64,000 nt of DNA, taken from NCBI GenBank assembly GCA_963765635.1, contig CAVXXF010000002.1:17045-81044 (forward strand). The letters are read 5' to 3'. Of the stretch, positions 53,061-62,244 are shown in pieces. Both the position numbers and the translations under genes were made by a program. Below the pieces are notes generated by a model. That model saw nothing but the letters and a program-made list of their open reading frames with translations. It was not told the DNA's origin and made no database searches. The stretch comes from an uncultured Thermoleophilia bacterium (lineage in GTDB: Bacteria > Actinomycetota > Thermoleophilia > UBA2241). How positions within the stretch are numbered: position 1 is the stretch's first letter; every line of letters starts with the position of its first letter.

Positions 53061-53339
53061 ATGATCGTCTCGTTCAAGGACGCGGACACAAAGGCGCTGG
53101 CCGGTGTCCGGAGGGTCGGGCGCTTCGTGAACATCGAGGCGGTCGCCAGGCGCAAGCTGCGCCAACTGCAGATCGCCGGCCGCCTCGAAGACCTGCGCGT
53201 CCCGCCCGGCAACCGGCTTGAGGCGCTCAAGGGCGATCGCGCCGGCCAGCACAGCATCCGCGTGAACGACCAGTACCGCGTCTGCTTCCGCTGGACGGCG
53301 GCGGGCGCCGAAGATGTCGAGATCGTCGACTATCACTAG
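53061..53339 (+). CDS. higB: HigB/RelE toxin
   Basis: MIVSFKD, LRVPPGNRLEALKGDRAGQHSIRVNDQYRVCFRW, VEIVDYH. Confidence 0.93.
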   Translation: MIVSFKDADTKALAGVRRVGRFVNIEAVARRKLRQLQIAGRLEDLRVPPGNRLEALKGDRAGQHSIRVNDQYRVCFRWTAAGAEDVEIVDYH

Positions 53340-53343
53340 GAGG

Positions 53344-53649
53344 ATGACGATGCAGAGGCTCAAGCCCGTGACGCCCGGCGAGCTGCTGCGCGAGGAGTTC
53401 CTTCTGCCGATGGGGCTCTCGCAGTACCGCCTCGCCAAGGAGATCGGCGTGCCCGCCCAGCGCATCGGCGAGATCGTCGGCGGCCGACGCGCCGTGACCG
53501 CCGACACCGACCTGCGGCTGTGCCGCTTCTTCGGCCTTTCCAACGGCTACTGGCTGCGCGCCCAAGCGGCCTACGACACCGAGGTCGCCGAAGACGCTTT
53601 GGCCGAAGAGCTCGCGCAGATCAAGCCGTGGTCCGGGACCGCCGCCTAA
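53344..53649 (+). CDS. higA: HigA antitoxin
   Basis: PVTPGELLREEFL.PMGLSQYRLAKEI...TADTDLRLCRFFG..YWLRAQ. Confidence 0.93.
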   Translation: MTMQRLKPVTPGELLREEFLLPMGLSQYRLAKEIGVPAQRIGEIVGGRRAVTADTDLRLCRFFGLSNGYWLRAQAAYDTEVAEDALAEELAQIKPWSGTAA

Positions 53650-53664
53650 CGGAAAGGGGATGCC

Positions 53665-54564
53665 ATGCGCTACCCGTATTTCACCTGCGATGTCTTCACC
53701 GACACGCGCTTCGGAGGCAATCAGCTCGCCGTGCTGCCGGAGGCGGGGGGTCTGAGCGACCGGCAGATGCAGCAGATCGCCCGGGAGTTCAACTTCTCGG
53801 AGACGACCTTCGTGCTGCCGCCCGAGGCGGGGCACGACCGCAGGGTGCGCATCTTCACACCTCCGCGCGAGGTGCCGTTCGCCGGGCACCCCAATATCGG
53901 CACGGCGTTCGTGCTTGCGACCATGGGCGCGTTCGGGCCGCTGGATGCGCCGATATCGGTCACTTTCGAGGAGCTGGCGGGTCTCGTCCCGGTCGCCATC
54001 GAGAAGCGTGAGGAAGGGCGGATCTGGTGCGAGCTCACGGCTCCCCAAAGCCTCACTCTTGGCAGGACCGTCACGGCGCAGGCTGTGGCGGCCGCGGTCT
54101 CGCTCAACGCCGATGACATCGTCACCGCGGCTCACGCGCCCCAGATGGCGTCGGTCGGCCTGCCGTTCCTGATCGCGGAACTCAGGGACCGGGGCGCGCT
54201 GGAGCGCGCCCGACCGGACGTGGGCGGACTCGAGGGCCTCATCGCCGGCGGCATCGAATTGCCGGACCTGCACCTCTACGTCAAGACGTCCGACGGTTTC
54301 GACATACGGGCGCGGATGTTCGCGCCGATGGACGGCGTCCCCGAGGATCCCGCCACCGGCAGCGCCAACTGCGCGCTCGTCGGGCTGCTCAGCCACCTCG
54401 ACGAGGCGGTCGGCGGCAGCTTCTCCTGGCGCATCGCGCAAGGCGTCGAGATGGGCCGCCCGAGCGTGCTGGAGGCTCGCACCGAGAAGAGGGACGGCGA
54501 GGTCGTCAACGTGTGGATCGGCGGGGAATCCGTGATGGTCAGCGAAGGGCTTATCGAGGTGTAG
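53665..54564 (+). CDS. PhzF family isomerase/epimerase
   Basis: DVFTDTRFGGNQLAV, NFSETTF, EVPFAGHP, EDPATGSAN, QGVEMGRPS. Confidence 0.92.
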   Translation: MRYPYFTCDVFTDTRFGGNQLAVLPEAGGLSDRQMQQIAREFNFSETTFVLPPEAGHDRRVRIFTPPREVPFAGHPNIGTAFVLATMGAFGPLDAPISVTFEELAGLVPVAIEKREEGRIWCELTAPQSLTLGRTVTAQAVAAAVSLNADDIVTAAHAPQMASVGLPFLIAELRDRGALERARPDVGGLEGLIAGGIELPDLHLYVKTSDGFDIRARMFAPMDGVPEDPATGSANCALVGLLSHLDEAVGGSFSWRIAQGVEMGRPSVLEARTEKRDGEVVNVWIGGESVMVSEGLIEV

Positions 54565-54580
54565 CTGAGGGGTGAGGGTC

Positions 54581-55471
54581 ATGGCGCAGGTCAGTGTGCT
54601 CGGGCTGGGGGCGATGGGGGGCACTCTCGCCAGAGTGCTGGCGGAGCACGGGCACGACGTGACGGTGTGGAACCGATCGGAGGTGCCGGCGGCGCGGGCG
54701 GAGACGCTTACGCGCGCCGGGGTCAGGTGGGCCGCCACCCCGGCCGAAGCCATCGCCGCGAGCCCGCTGAGCGTGATGTGCGTGACCGACTACCCTGCGG
54801 CTGAAACGGTGATTGGCGCGGCCGGCGCGACGCAGTCGCTCGCCGGGCGCACGCTCGTGCAGCTGACCAACGGGAGCGAGGAGCAGGTGCGGAGCCAGCT
54901 GGGCAGCGTGGCGGCCGCCGGCGGGCGCATGCTGGCCGGCGGCATCGTCGGCTACCCGCGCCACATCGGGCGTGACGACGCGGTGATCCTGTACGCGGGG
55001 AGCGAGTCGGCTTTCGAAGAGCACCGTGGAACGCTGGCGGACCTGGCCGGCGGCCAGCGCTATCTGGGCGAAGACCCGGCCGTGCAGAACACCACCTACA
55101 TCTCGGCGTTCGGCTTCTACTACGCGGCGCTGGCCGGCTTCCTGGAGAGCGCCGCGCTGGCCGCGAGCCGCGGCGTGGCGCCGGCCGACTTCGCCGCCGT
55201 CATGCCCGGTATGACGGCGCTGCTGCTCGACCACATCGCCGACGCCGCGCGGCGCCTCGAAGCGGCGGACTACGACGGCGACCAGGCGACCGTGGACGTC
55301 CACCTCGTGGGCTCCGGCCGGCGTCAGCAGGCCTTCGCCGATAAGGGCCTGCAGTCGCTGATGACCGACGCCTTCGTCGCCTACTGCCGGCAGGCGCACG
55401 AGGCGGGGGAGGGCGGCGAGGATATCGCCGCCCTCTACAAGCGACTTCGCGTGCGGCCGCCCGAAGACTGA
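54581..55471 (+). CDS. NADPH-dependent imine-reductase-like oxidoreductase
   Basis: GLGAMG...VWNRS, VQLTNGS, ILYAGS, YLGEDP....Y; Tyr rather than the beta-hydroxyacid dehydrogenase Lys. Confidence 0.8.
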   Translation: MAQVSVLGLGAMGGTLARVLAEHGHDVTVWNRSEVPAARAETLTRAGVRWAATPAEAIAASPLSVMCVTDYPAAETVIGAAGATQSLAGRTLVQLTNGSEEQVRSQLGSVAAAGGRMLAGGIVGYPRHIGRDDAVILYAGSESAFEEHRGTLADLAGGQRYLGEDPAVQNTTYISAFGFYYAALAGFLESAALAASRGVAPADFAAVMPGMTALLLDHIADAARRLEAADYDGDQATVDVHLVGSGRRQQAFADKGLQSLMTDAFVAYCRQAHEAGEGGEDIAALYKRLRVRPPED

Positions 55472-55658
55472 GACGCGACGTTCTCGCGAGCTCCTCCTCC
55501 GAACGCCGTGGCACTACCATGACGCTGGTGCGACAGGTATCTTTGGTCGAACCAGCGTGCTCGGTCATGTGGGCAAGGGGGTGCCTCCCGGTGCTGCGCG
55601 CGGGCGAGAGATCGGATCGGAGTGACCGCCTCGCGGCGGTCACGGAGTCGGCTGCCCC

Positions 55659-58600
55659 ATGACCGCCTGCCCGTCGTGCGGCACCGAGAACGTGACGCAG
55701 GCGAGATTCTGCATGGGATGCGGGACGCCGCTCGAAAGCAGCCGCGGGGCCAGGTCCGAGCGCAAGATCGTCACGTCGCTGTTCTGCGACCTCGTCGGCT
55801 TCACGGCGCTCTCGGAGCGCGCTGACCCGGAGGACGTGGACCGCCTTCTGCGCGCGTTCAACGCGCTCGCCGGGCGGGTCATCCGCTCGTACGGCGGCTC
55901 GGTGGAGAAGTTCATCGGCGACGCCGTGGTGGCCGTGTTCGGCGTGCCGGTGGTGCGCGAGGACGATCCGGAGCGCGCCGTGCGCGCCGGCCTCCGCCTG
56001 CTCGAGGGCCTGGGGGAGTTGCCGCAGATGGCCGGCGAGCCCGTCCGCGCCCGCGTCGGCGTGAACACCGGGCGCGCCCTGGTGCGGCTCGATGTCGACC
56101 CACAGGCCGGCGAGGGGTTTCTGGTGGGCGACGCGGTGAACGTCGCCGCGCGCCTGCAGACGGTGGCGCCGCCCATGAGCGTGGTGGTCGGCGAGGCGAC
56201 CCATGCGCTCACCGTCGACCGCTTCGAGTACGAAGAGCTAGCCCCGCTGACGCTCAAGGGCAAATCGGCGCCCGCGCGCATGTGGCTGGCCAGGCGCTCC
56301 CTGACCCGCACCGGCTTGGAGTTCGACGTCGCCCGGTCCGGGGAGTTCGTCGGGCGCGAGGCGGAGCTCAAGGCGCTGACCGGCTTGCTCGAGGACGTCA
56401 GCCACACGGGCGAGCCGCGTTTCGCGCTGCTTCTGGGAGAGGCCGGCATCGGGAAGTCGCGCCTCATCTTCGAGCTGGCGCGCTTCGTGGACGCGTGGCC
56501 GGAGCTGATCACGTGGCGGCAGGGCTCATGTCCCCCGTACGGCGACGTGACGCCGTTCTCGGCGCTGGCGCAGATCGTCAAGGCGCACGCCGGGATCCTC
56601 GAATCCGACGATCTCGAGGCGACCGCGGGCAGACTCGACGAGATGCTCAGCGAGAGTGCGGAGCGCGACTGGCTCGGCCGCCGCCTGCGGCCCCTCCTGG
56701 GCCTGGAGGCTCCGGCGGCGTCCCTCGAGGAGAACCTCGTCGCCTGGCAGCGCTTCCTGGAGGACCTTGCCGCGGAACGCCCGACGGTCCTCATCTTCGA
56801 GGACCTGCACTGGGCGGACCCCAGCCTGGTGACGTTTCTCCGGCGTGTCGTCGAACACGCCGCGGATGTACCGCTGCTCGTGGTCGGCGCGGCGCGGCCG
56901 GAGTTCCTGGACGATCATCGCGGCCTGGCGTCGTCGGCCGACCGCGTGGAAATCATCGACCTCAAGAGCCTGCCACTTCGCGCTTCCGGCGAGCTCGCCG
57001 CGGACCTTCTGCGTGCCAGCGAGGTCCCCGCCGAGATGCAGGATGAAGTCGTCCGGCGCTGCGGCGGCAACCCGCTCTATACCGAGGAACTCGTGCGGCT
57101 GCTCGCCGACGAGGCCGCGGCGAGAGGAGAGGGAGACGGCAGCGACGCGCCGGCCGCGGGCGCCCTTCCCGACTCGCTGCAGGCGCTGATCGCGGCGCGT
57201 CTCGATGTGCTGAGGCCCGGACGCAAGGCGCTTCTGGCCGACGCCGCCGTGGTGGGCCAGGACTTCTGGCTGGGGGCGCTGGCGACCGTCGCCGGTCTCG
57301 GAAGAGATGCCGTGGAAACGGAACTCGGCGAGCTCGCGGCTCGCGACCTCGTGCGGCCGGTCAGGGAGTCGGCCGTGGAGGGCGAGCGGCAGTACACCTT
57401 CTGGCACGCGCTCACGCGCGAGGTCGCCTACGAGGAGCTGCCGCGCGCCGTGCGCGCGACGAAGCATGCGGCCGTGGCCGACTGGCTCGAGCACGACTCC
57501 GGGGGGCGCGTCGACGACCTCGCCGACGTGCTCGCCCACCACCGCGTGACCTCGCTGGAGCTGGCGCGCGCCGCCGGCGAGCTCGAGCTGGCGGAACGCC
57601 AGCTCGAGCCGGCCATCGGCGCGCTCACGAAGGCCGGCGACCGGACGCTGCCGCTGGACGTCACGGCGGCGGAGGCGCGCTACGCCCGCGCCGCCGGCCT
57701 TGCCGCGGACGGCAGCCCGCAGCGGCCGCTCGTGCTGAGGAAGTGGGGCAAAGCACTCATGGAGAGCGGCCGCTTCGAGGAGTCGCTCGAAGCGTTCAAG
57801 GAAGGTGTGGCCCTGTTCGAGGCCCGTGACGAGCGTCGCGAGTTGGCCCTGGCGACGGTCGACTACTCCACGGCGCTGGGCCTCGTCGGCGACACGGCGC
57901 GCGCCGTCCAGGTACTTCGCGAAGTGATCCCGCCCATCGAGGCGGCAGGGCCCTCAGCCGAACTCGTGGCCGTCCTCGGTTCGTGGGCCATGCTGTGCAC
58001 GGAGACGGCTGACTTCGAAGCAGCGCTGCCGGCGGCGGCTCGCGCCCTCGCCCTTGCTGCCGCGCTCGGCATCGAGACCCCCGTGGAGGCGCTCGTCTCC
58101 CAGGCCGACTGGCGCTGCGTGGCCGGCGACGCCGCGGGGCTGGCCGACTACCGCCGCGGCCTGGACGAAGCTCGCGAGCAGGGACTCGCGCGGCCCACTG
58201 CAGCCATCTACTACAACTACGGCACTGCCCTGGGCCAGTTCGAGGGGCCGGAGGCCTCACTGCGACTGCGTCGCGAAGGCCTCGAGTTCTGCCTCAGGCG
58301 GCACGACCAGGCGATGGCGTTCTCGTTGCGCTACGGCATCGCCCACGACCTGTATCGCTCCGGAGACTGGGCGGCGGCGCTGGCGGAGGCCGTCGATCTC
58401 GATCCGCAGCTGGAGCGGGCCGGCAATTGGGCCGAGCTCGGCTACCTGCGCGCCCTCGAGGCGCGGCTGCAGGCGGCTCAAGGCCACGCCCACGAGGCCA
58501 TGCCCTTCGCCGACTGGAGCGAGGCGCTCGGCGACGGCCCCGGGGAGTCCCTTCTGCGTGCCGACGCGCTGATCGCGGCGGCGTGCGTGCACGTCGCCCT

Positions 58601-59072
58601 GGGAGACGATGCGCGCGCCGGCCGCCTGCTCAACGACTGTCTCGCCCTTCCGGGTCTGTGCGACGAGTACGAGTTCGACTGGCTGGTCCCGGAGGCGGCT
58701 CGCAGCGCCGCGGCCATCGGCGCCTGCGCTGTCGTGTCCCGGCTCGCGGACATGGTGGTCGCCGGTCGTCCTCTGCGGCCCTGCATCGAGCCGTCGGTGA
58801 ACGCCGTCCTCGCCGAGTGCGACGGTAACGCGGGGTCCGCCCTTGCGCTCTACGAAGACGCCGCGTCCCGCTGGGAAAGCCTCGGCGTCCCGCACGAGCG
58901 CGCGCTGGCGCGCCTCGGGCAGGGGCGCTGCCTTACGGCGCTCGGCCGGGCTGCTGACGCGGCACCCGCGCTCGACGAAGCGGCGCAGATCCTGGCTGCG
59001 CTCGGCGCCGGACCGGCGCTCGCCGAGGCAAGGACCCTTCGCGAGACGGGTGCCGGCTCCGTCAGGCCGTAG
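55659..59072 (+). CDS. Zinc ribbon + class III cyclase + STAND ATPase + TPR protein (paralog 2)
   Basis: CPSC..FCMGCG; FCDLVGFT, EKFIGD, GDAVNVAARLQ; GEAGIGKS; FEDLHWAD; GNPLY. Confidence 0.92.
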   Translation: MTACPSCGTENVTQARFCMGCGTPLESSRGARSERKIVTSLFCDLVGFTALSERADPEDVDRLLRAFNALAGRVIRSYGGSVEKFIGDAVVAVFGVPVVREDDPERAVRAGLRLLEGLGELPQMAGEPVRARVGVNTGRALVRLDVDPQAGEGFLVGDAVNVAARLQTVAPPMSVVVGEATHALTVDRFEYEELAPLTLKGKSAPARMWLARRSLTRTGLEFDVARSGEFVGREAELKALTGLLEDVSHTGEPRFALLLGEAGIGKSRLIFELARFVDAWPELITWRQGSCPPYGDVTPFSALAQIVKAHAGILESDDLEATAGRLDEMLSESAERDWLGRRLRPLLGLEAPAASLEENLVAWQRFLEDLAAERPTVLIFEDLHWADPSLVTFLRRVVEHAADVPLLVVGAARPEFLDDHRGLASSADRVEIIDLKSLPLRASGELAADLLRASEVPAEMQDEVVRRCGGNPLYTEELVRLLADEAAARGEGDGSDAPAAGALPDSLQALIAARLDVLRPGRKALLADAAVVGQDFWLGALATVAGLGRDAVETELGELAARDLVRPVRESAVEGERQYTFWHALTREVAYEELPRAVRATKHAAVADWLEHDSGGRVDDLADVLAHHRVTSLELARAAGELELAERQLEPAIGALTKAGDRTLPLDVTAAEARYARAAGLAADGSPQRPLVLRKWGKALMESGRFEESLEAFKEGVALFEARDERRELALATVDYSTALGLVGDTARAVQVLREVIPPIEAAGPSAELVAVLGSWAMLCTETADFEAALPAAARALALAAALGIETPVEALVSQADWRCVAGDAAGLADYRRGLDEAREQGLARPTAAIYYNYGTALGQFEGPEASLRLRREGLEFCLRRHDQAMAFSLRYGIAHDLYRSGDWAAALAEAVDLDPQLERAGNWAELGYLRALEARLQAAQGHAHEAMPFADWSEALGDGPGESLLRADALIAAACVHVALGDDARAGRLLNDCLALPGLCDEYEFDWLVPEAARSAAAIGACAVVSRLADMVVAGRPLRPCIEPSVNAVLAECDGNAGSALALYEDAASRWESLGVPHERALARLGQGRCLTALGRAADAAPALDEAAQILAALGAGPALAEARTLRETGAGSVRP

Positions 59073-60951
59073 CCGGCGCCTCCGCCGTCTCGAGGACCCC
59101 GCCGGTGAATGCGTCGACCTCGTCCTGAGGAGGGAGCGCGAGGCTGAGGTAGCGCTCGCCGTCGCGGACCATCAGGCGGTCGCGCACGAACGAGTCCAGG
59201 GCAGCGTCGATGTCCGCTGCTGTCGCGACTGGGTCGGGGCAGGCGGCGGCCACGAGCTCATCGAGCTGCGACCGGCGGCAGATGCCCGCGCAGGCGCGGT
59301 AGACCGCCGCCTCCAGCGCGTCGAGCGTCCGGCGAGAGGCTCTCGCGTCGTCGCGCGTGTCGAGGATCGTCGTCGAGCCGTCTCCCTCCGTCGCCAGGCG
59401 CACCTCGCCACGTCGTCCCGCCGACTGCCAGCTCTGGACCGCGGCGATGACCCGTGTCGCCTTCGCCCACGGGTCGTCTTCGTTCGCGAACGAGTACTCG
59501 AACGCGTAGGCGACGCGTCTGAGCGACTCCTCGGGGAAGGGGTAGAGGTAGCGATACGGCGTCAGCGCGGCCAGGTCGGTGAGGCCGTAGTCTCCCGGGC
59601 GGTCCGCGTAGGCGCTGAAGCGATCGAGGCGCACCGGGCCGCAGCCGTCCGGAGGTTCGAGGAAGCTCAGGGCCGGCAGCAGGCCGAGCATCTGCTCGTA
59701 GTCGGCGGCCGTCTCGCCGGGCACGCCGTAGATGAGATTCCACGATGCCGGCACGCCGTGAGCCCTGCACCACAGCAGGAGGCGGACGTTCTCGAGGGCG
59801 CGCGAGCCCTTGTGCATCAGATGCAGGATGTGATCGTTCAAGCTCTCGATCCCCGGCTGGATGGTCGCGCCCGCCGCGGCCAGCAGTGCGATGTGTCGGC
59901 GTGTCGCCTCGGGGCGCACCTCGCACGACAGAGGGGCATCCAGAGGATCCGCCGCGAGTGCGGGGAGCACGGCGTCGAAGAACTCGGGCGGGGGAACGTC
60001 GTCGACGATGTCGACGGAACCGATCCCCGGCAGGGACGCGAGGTGCCGCAGCTCGTCCAGGACTCGCCGCGAGCTCTTGCGGCGAAACGCCCTGCGGCAT
60101 CCCGGTGAGCCGCAGAACAGGCACGGATGCTTGTCGGCCCACCAGCACCCGCGGCAGGTCTCCACGAGCGCCACGGGTGTGACGCGCTTGGCCAGGCCGT
60201 TCATCGCCAGCGTCGCGAAGTAGTCGTCGAAGTCGGGCTCCGGGAGGGTGTCGAGGTCGGCCACGAGCGCGGGGGGTCCGTTCGAGACTGTGCGGCCGTT
60301 GTGGCGGTAGACGATGCCCGGGATCGCCGCAAGCCCGTCGCCGGGGCGCTCGCGCAGCCACGACATGAGCGCCGGGAGCGAGCGCTCGGCCTCGCCGCAG
60401 AAGCCGAAGTCGACGAAGGCGAAGCGCCGGTGGTACTCGGCGCCCATCTCCTCGTCCCAGTTGCTGCCGCCGAAGGCGATCGCGATCCCGGGGTGGGCGG
60501 CCTTGACTCGCTGCGCCAGAGACAGCGAGGCGACGTTCTGCGCGCCGCACGACGAGAAGCCGACCAGGTCGTACTGAGCCCAGGGGATCGAGGCCATGCA
60601 GGCGTCGAGGAAGCCCGGCACCAGGGATCGCGCCCGGAGGATCAGGTCGACGTCGTCCTCGGCGAGTCGCCAGCGGCCACGCAGCACGTCGTCGACGTAG
60701 CCGGGGTCCGGGCCTCGTGCCTCATCGTACAGACACCCCGTGAACACCCACTCGCCGGCGAGGATCGGGTGGGGGAACCCGTCGGCGAGGCGCTCGTAGT
60801 CGCGCAGGGAGAGCAGTCGCGCGAACGCGATCCCCGGGTAGACGACGTCCGCGGCGACGCCCTCACGCTCCAGCGACGCCTTGAGCAGGCTGACGCCGAG
60901 CGACGGACGCAGCACCGTCGCGAAGGGCATGCTGACGAGGAGCGCCCTCAT
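59062..60951 (-). CDS. B12-dependent radical SAM RiPP C-methyltransferase (TIGR03975/PoyC-like)
   Basis: LLVSMPF..RPSLGVSLLK, GEWVF, FGGSNWD, RGCWWADKHPCLFC (CX7CX2C), QPGIESL, WNLIYGVPGE, RLDRFS; C-terminal RRE-like ERYLSLAL. Confidence 0.9.
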   Translation of the reverse strand: MRALLVSMPFATVLRPSLGVSLLKASLEREGVAADVVYPGIAFARLLSLRDYERLADGFPHPILAGEWVFTGCLYDEARGPDPGYVDDVLRGRWRLAEDDVDLILRARSLVPGFLDACMASIPWAQYDLVGFSSCGAQNVASLSLAQRVKAAHPGIAIAFGGSNWDEEMGAEYHRRFAFVDFGFCGEAERSLPALMSWLRERPGDGLAAIPGIVYRHNGRTVSNGPPALVADLDTLPEPDFDDYFATLAMNGLAKRVTPVALVETCRGCWWADKHPCLFCGSPGCRRAFRRKSSRRVLDELRHLASLPGIGSVDIVDDVPPPEFFDAVLPALAADPLDAPLSCEVRPEATRRHIALLAAAGATIQPGIESLNDHILHLMHKGSRALENVRLLLWCRAHGVPASWNLIYGVPGETAADYEQMLGLLPALSFLEPPDGCGPVRLDRFSAYADRPGDYGLTDLAALTPYRYLYPFPEESLRRVAYAFEYSFANEDDPWAKATRVIAAVQSWQSAGRRGEVRLATEGDGSTTILDTRDDARASRRTLDALEAAVYRACAGICRRSQLDELVAAACPDPVATAADIDAALDSFVRDRLMVRDGERYLSLALPPQDEVDAFTGGVLETAEAPATA

Positions 60952-60992
60952 CGGCTGGGTCTGGGGGCCGCCGCACGAAGCGGCAGGTCCCT

Positions 60993-61382
60993 CTAACTGA
61001 CGGAAGGCGCGGAGGGCTGCCCCGGAGGCGGCGCCGGCGACCTGCGCCGCAGTGGCGCGATCTGCACGGTGGAATCCTCGAACCTCCAGGTCATCGAGAT
61101 CGAGAGACCGGTCTCGACGCCGAACTGCAGGACCGGAGGCCCGGCGGTGATCTGCAGCGCGACGTGACCCTCGATCGTGAACTCCGAAGGGGTGACCTTC
61201 AGGGCGTTGAGCTTGGCGCCCGCGCGCTGCGCGAACACCCCGAGAGCATCGAGCAGCTTGTCGATGTCCTCAGGTTTCACGCTTCCGCTCGGACCGCCGT
61301 TGGCCGTCAACGTCGGCGGCTTTCCGCCTGAGTCGTAGGCCACCACCTGGATCTGCCAATCGTCGGTTGTCTGCGATGCCAC
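60993..61382 (-). CDS. Trypco1/Pepco-like small protein
   Basis: Helix followed by PSEFTIEGHVALQITAG-PPVLQFGVETGLSISMTW, resembling the Trypco1 P.E...F...G.....V...W beta-hairpin; SD AAAGGGGGG; GTG start. Confidence 0.6.
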   Translation of the reverse strand: MASQTTDDWQIQVVAYDSGGKPPTLTANGGPSGSVKPEDIDKLLDALGVFAQRAGAKLNALKVTPSEFTIEGHVALQITAGPPVLQFGVETGLSISMTWRFEDSTVQIAPLRRRSPAPPPGQPSAPSVS

Positions 61383-61513
61383 ATCGCCCCCCTTTCACGT
61401 TGTCGGCATGACGCTAGTACCAAGAGGGCAGCTGCGGCAATGGGTCGCCGTTGGGTTTCTCGCGTGCCGAGCGGGCCCTGGCAGCATCCGGCAGGCGATT
61501 CGTGTCGGACGAA

Positions 61514-61530
61514 TCACCCGAATCGGGTGA
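61514..61530. promoter_or_regulatory. Palindromic operator between divergent genes
   Basis: TCACCCGA-A-TCGGGTGA with perfect 8-bp arms. Confidence 0.55.
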
Positions 61531-61596
61531 GGCGGCGCCTCCTCCACCCCCGTAGCGTGCTCACCGACAGTGCTGCATCGCGATCAAGGAGGGACG

Positions 61597-61935
61597 ATGA
61601 AGGCCGACCCGCAGACTCCGGTCACCGAGGAGCCGAGCGCAGCTCAGTGGCGGCCCGCCTTTGTCGAGCAGCCGGCTGAGCCGAGGGCCATCGCCCTGCC
61701 GGGCCACCTCGCCGTCTGCCTCGAGTGCAGGTACGCGGAGCTCTTCGCCGTGCAGCCGCGCGCCCGCTGCACCTGCGCCGAGAGCGACCACTCGAGGCAG
61801 GTCGTGTTCGCCGGCCGGCCTGCGTGCGCGCAGATGATGCCGCGCGAGGGCGACGACCTCACGCTGGCCTGGTGCACGCCGGGCCCCAAGCGCGCACACG
61901 CGCGGTTCATCCAGCCGCGGCCGCCCGTGCACTGA
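61597..61935 (+). CDS. Small Cys-rich hypothetical protein
   Basis: Strong SD AAGGAGG; CLEC...CTC...C...C; followed by a hairpin at about 61951-61989. Confidence 0.6.
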   Translation: MKADPQTPVTEEPSAAQWRPAFVEQPAEPRAIALPGHLAVCLECRYAELFAVQPRARCTCAESDHSRQVVFAGRPACAQMMPREGDDLTLAWCTPGPKRAHARFIQPRPPVH

Positions 61936-62244
61936 CGCGGTGCGAGAGGCGACGGCCGGCGGGGCCCCGCAGGGGCGCCTCCGGCCGTCGCCGCGTACGT
62001 TACTGGAGCTGCGCCGGCCGCTCGCGGGCGATGCGCTCGTCGAGGGCGAGCGCCTCCGGCGAGTGGCGGAGGACCTCGCTGCGGTGCTCTGGCGCGAGGA
62101 CGAGGACGGTGGTCGGAATGGAGCGGCGCCTGCTCGCCAATGAGGAGGCGCTATACGGCGCGCCGGCGGGAGTCCACGCGTGCGCGACAGCCTCTCCCAC
62201 CAGAGCTGCGAAGGTAGTAGTGTTCAGGCAGGAGGGGCCATGGG

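Noticed and set aside
52915-53660. Integron attC sites around higBA (CCTAAC motifs at about 52920 and 53645)
   Set aside because: No matching GTTAGG/GTTRRRY end or long imperfect palindrome, and no integron integrase.
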